DNA of 63,993 bases, filler included. It is 8 parts of 8 records of this genome, joined end to end, with 100 filler letters (N's around TTAATTAATTAA, not from the genome) between each part and the next. Parts side by side here need not be neighbours in the genome. Positions count along the whole stretch, not along the records: positions 58,903 to 63,993 come from SRR31147125_55181; 7 more parts are not named here. The stretch is one strand, 5' to 3'. The first letter of the stretch is position 1, and each line of letters begins with the position of its first letter. The position numbers and the translations under genes are program-made. Shown in pieces: positions 63,279-63,993 of the stretch. Below the pieces are notes generated by a model. The model did no database searches and had not been told where the DNA came from. It saw only the letters and a list, made by a program, of their open reading frames with translations.

Positions 63279-63993
63279 TCAATTTTTTATACTCTCCCAA
63301 ATTCTACGATATACCGTACAGATCAACCGGCTCTCTTCTCGATTATTGTAATGAAGTCTGCCGGGGCACTCCCCCGGGCATCTCTCTTCCAGCGGACAGG
63401 CACTGCACTCCAGGCGCCCATAGTTGTTCAAAAGCGTTGTCTCCCCGCCCAAAATATTCAATTTTTCCGGCTCCGGCTGCCACACTGTTCCAGCCTGGAG
63501 AGAGAGATCCCCCAAGGTCTGACCGCAGGGAAAGAGCCGTCCGTCCGGATGAATCGCCACACTCTCCCCTTTGCAGGCGTGACAAAACGCCTTTCGATTT
63601 CCTCCCCGGTTCATCTGAGCTTTTACCATTTCCAGCTCCCGAAGCTGCAACGGAATCGATCGCCTGCGATTGATCTGTGACAATGCGCTCAGCATGGCAT
63701 CCACCCCCATTCGGAGTTCATCCGGCTCAGCAAATGTCACGGTCTGGATTTCATCGGCTCCCTTAATATCGGTTTCAAGGGTGACTCTGGAAATATCGGC
63801 ATGCGTCATCACTCTTCCTTTATGCACCAGAAGGTCCAGCCCGATCCCCTTTGCCTGTGAGAAACCGGCCAGCATCCACATGAGCTGATCCAACGCGCCG
63901 ACATTGTCCCGGCTCACCACGGTGGTCACGCGAAAGGGAACCCTTTCTTCCTCCAACAGTTGAAGTCCTTTCAATGTGAGGGCAGCCTTCCCC
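63279..63993 (-). CDS. Radical SAM protein with SPASM domain (5' truncated)
   Basis: C-terminal CHAC...I.PDG..FPC...CSAC.....CPGECP SPASM-type pattern. The N-terminal CxxxCxxC lies outside the window. Confidence 0.8.
   Translation of the reverse strand, partial: GKAALTLKGLQLLEEERVPFRVTTVVSRDNVGALDQLMWMLAGFSQAKGIGLDLLVHKGRVMTHADISRVTLETDIKGADEIQTVTFAEPDELRMGVDAMLSALSQINRRRSIPLQLRELEMVKAQMNRGGNRKAFCHACKGESVAIHPDGRLFPCGQTLGDLSLQAGTVWQPEPEKLNILGGETTLLNNYGRLECSACPLEERCPGECPGRLHYNNREESRLICTVYRRIWESIKN

Noticed and set aside
1-63993. CRISPR arrays, tRNA/rRNA genes, transposases, integrases
   Set aside because: No regularly spaced direct repeats, RNA gene signatures or recombinase motifs were seen on manual reading.

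Overview
This window is not one locus. It is eight unrelated contigs joined by 100-nt N spacers carrying TTAATTAATTAA, and single-base homopolymer frameshifts are frequent, probably from sequencing error. Taxonomic labels below are inferred from gene content and style. (1) 1-8604, AT-rich and Bacteroidota-like: an anti-phage defence island with a TrlF/Ppl-like ABC ATPase interrupted by TAG, a small acidic partner ORF, a PD-(D/E)xK/NERD-like nuclease, a Dsr1-like SIR2 protein with a coiled-coil insert, and an AbiV-family protein. (2) 8705-20127: cydAB, pntAA/AB/B, a sigma54 two-component module whose kinase lacks the phospho-His, long structured intergenic regions, and a detached ylxR-ylxQ pair. 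(3) 20228-28881, Desulfobacteraceae-like: HdrA-MvhD fusion, HdrD-like CCG protein, hydrolase, aldo/keto reductase and RND efflux. (4) 28982-39733, Desulfuromonadales-like: T2SS gspD-N and a two-component pair. (5) 39834-45077, spirochaete-like: galK-like, surE, TPR and NHL/vWA genes. (6) 45178-51671: WYL regulator, amidase, two PilZ genes, rnhA and a degenerate glgA. (7) 51772-58802: PEP-CTERM gene with a sigma54 promoter, and RND efflux. (8) 58903-63993: sensor kinase, plus a radical SAM/SPASM gene and a tandem-nitrilase gene followed by an unannotated, internally deleted nifH-like remnant. The best leads are the rSAM-nitrilase-nitrogenase-like operon, the defence island, and the His-less kinase/sigma54 module with its candidate RNAs.
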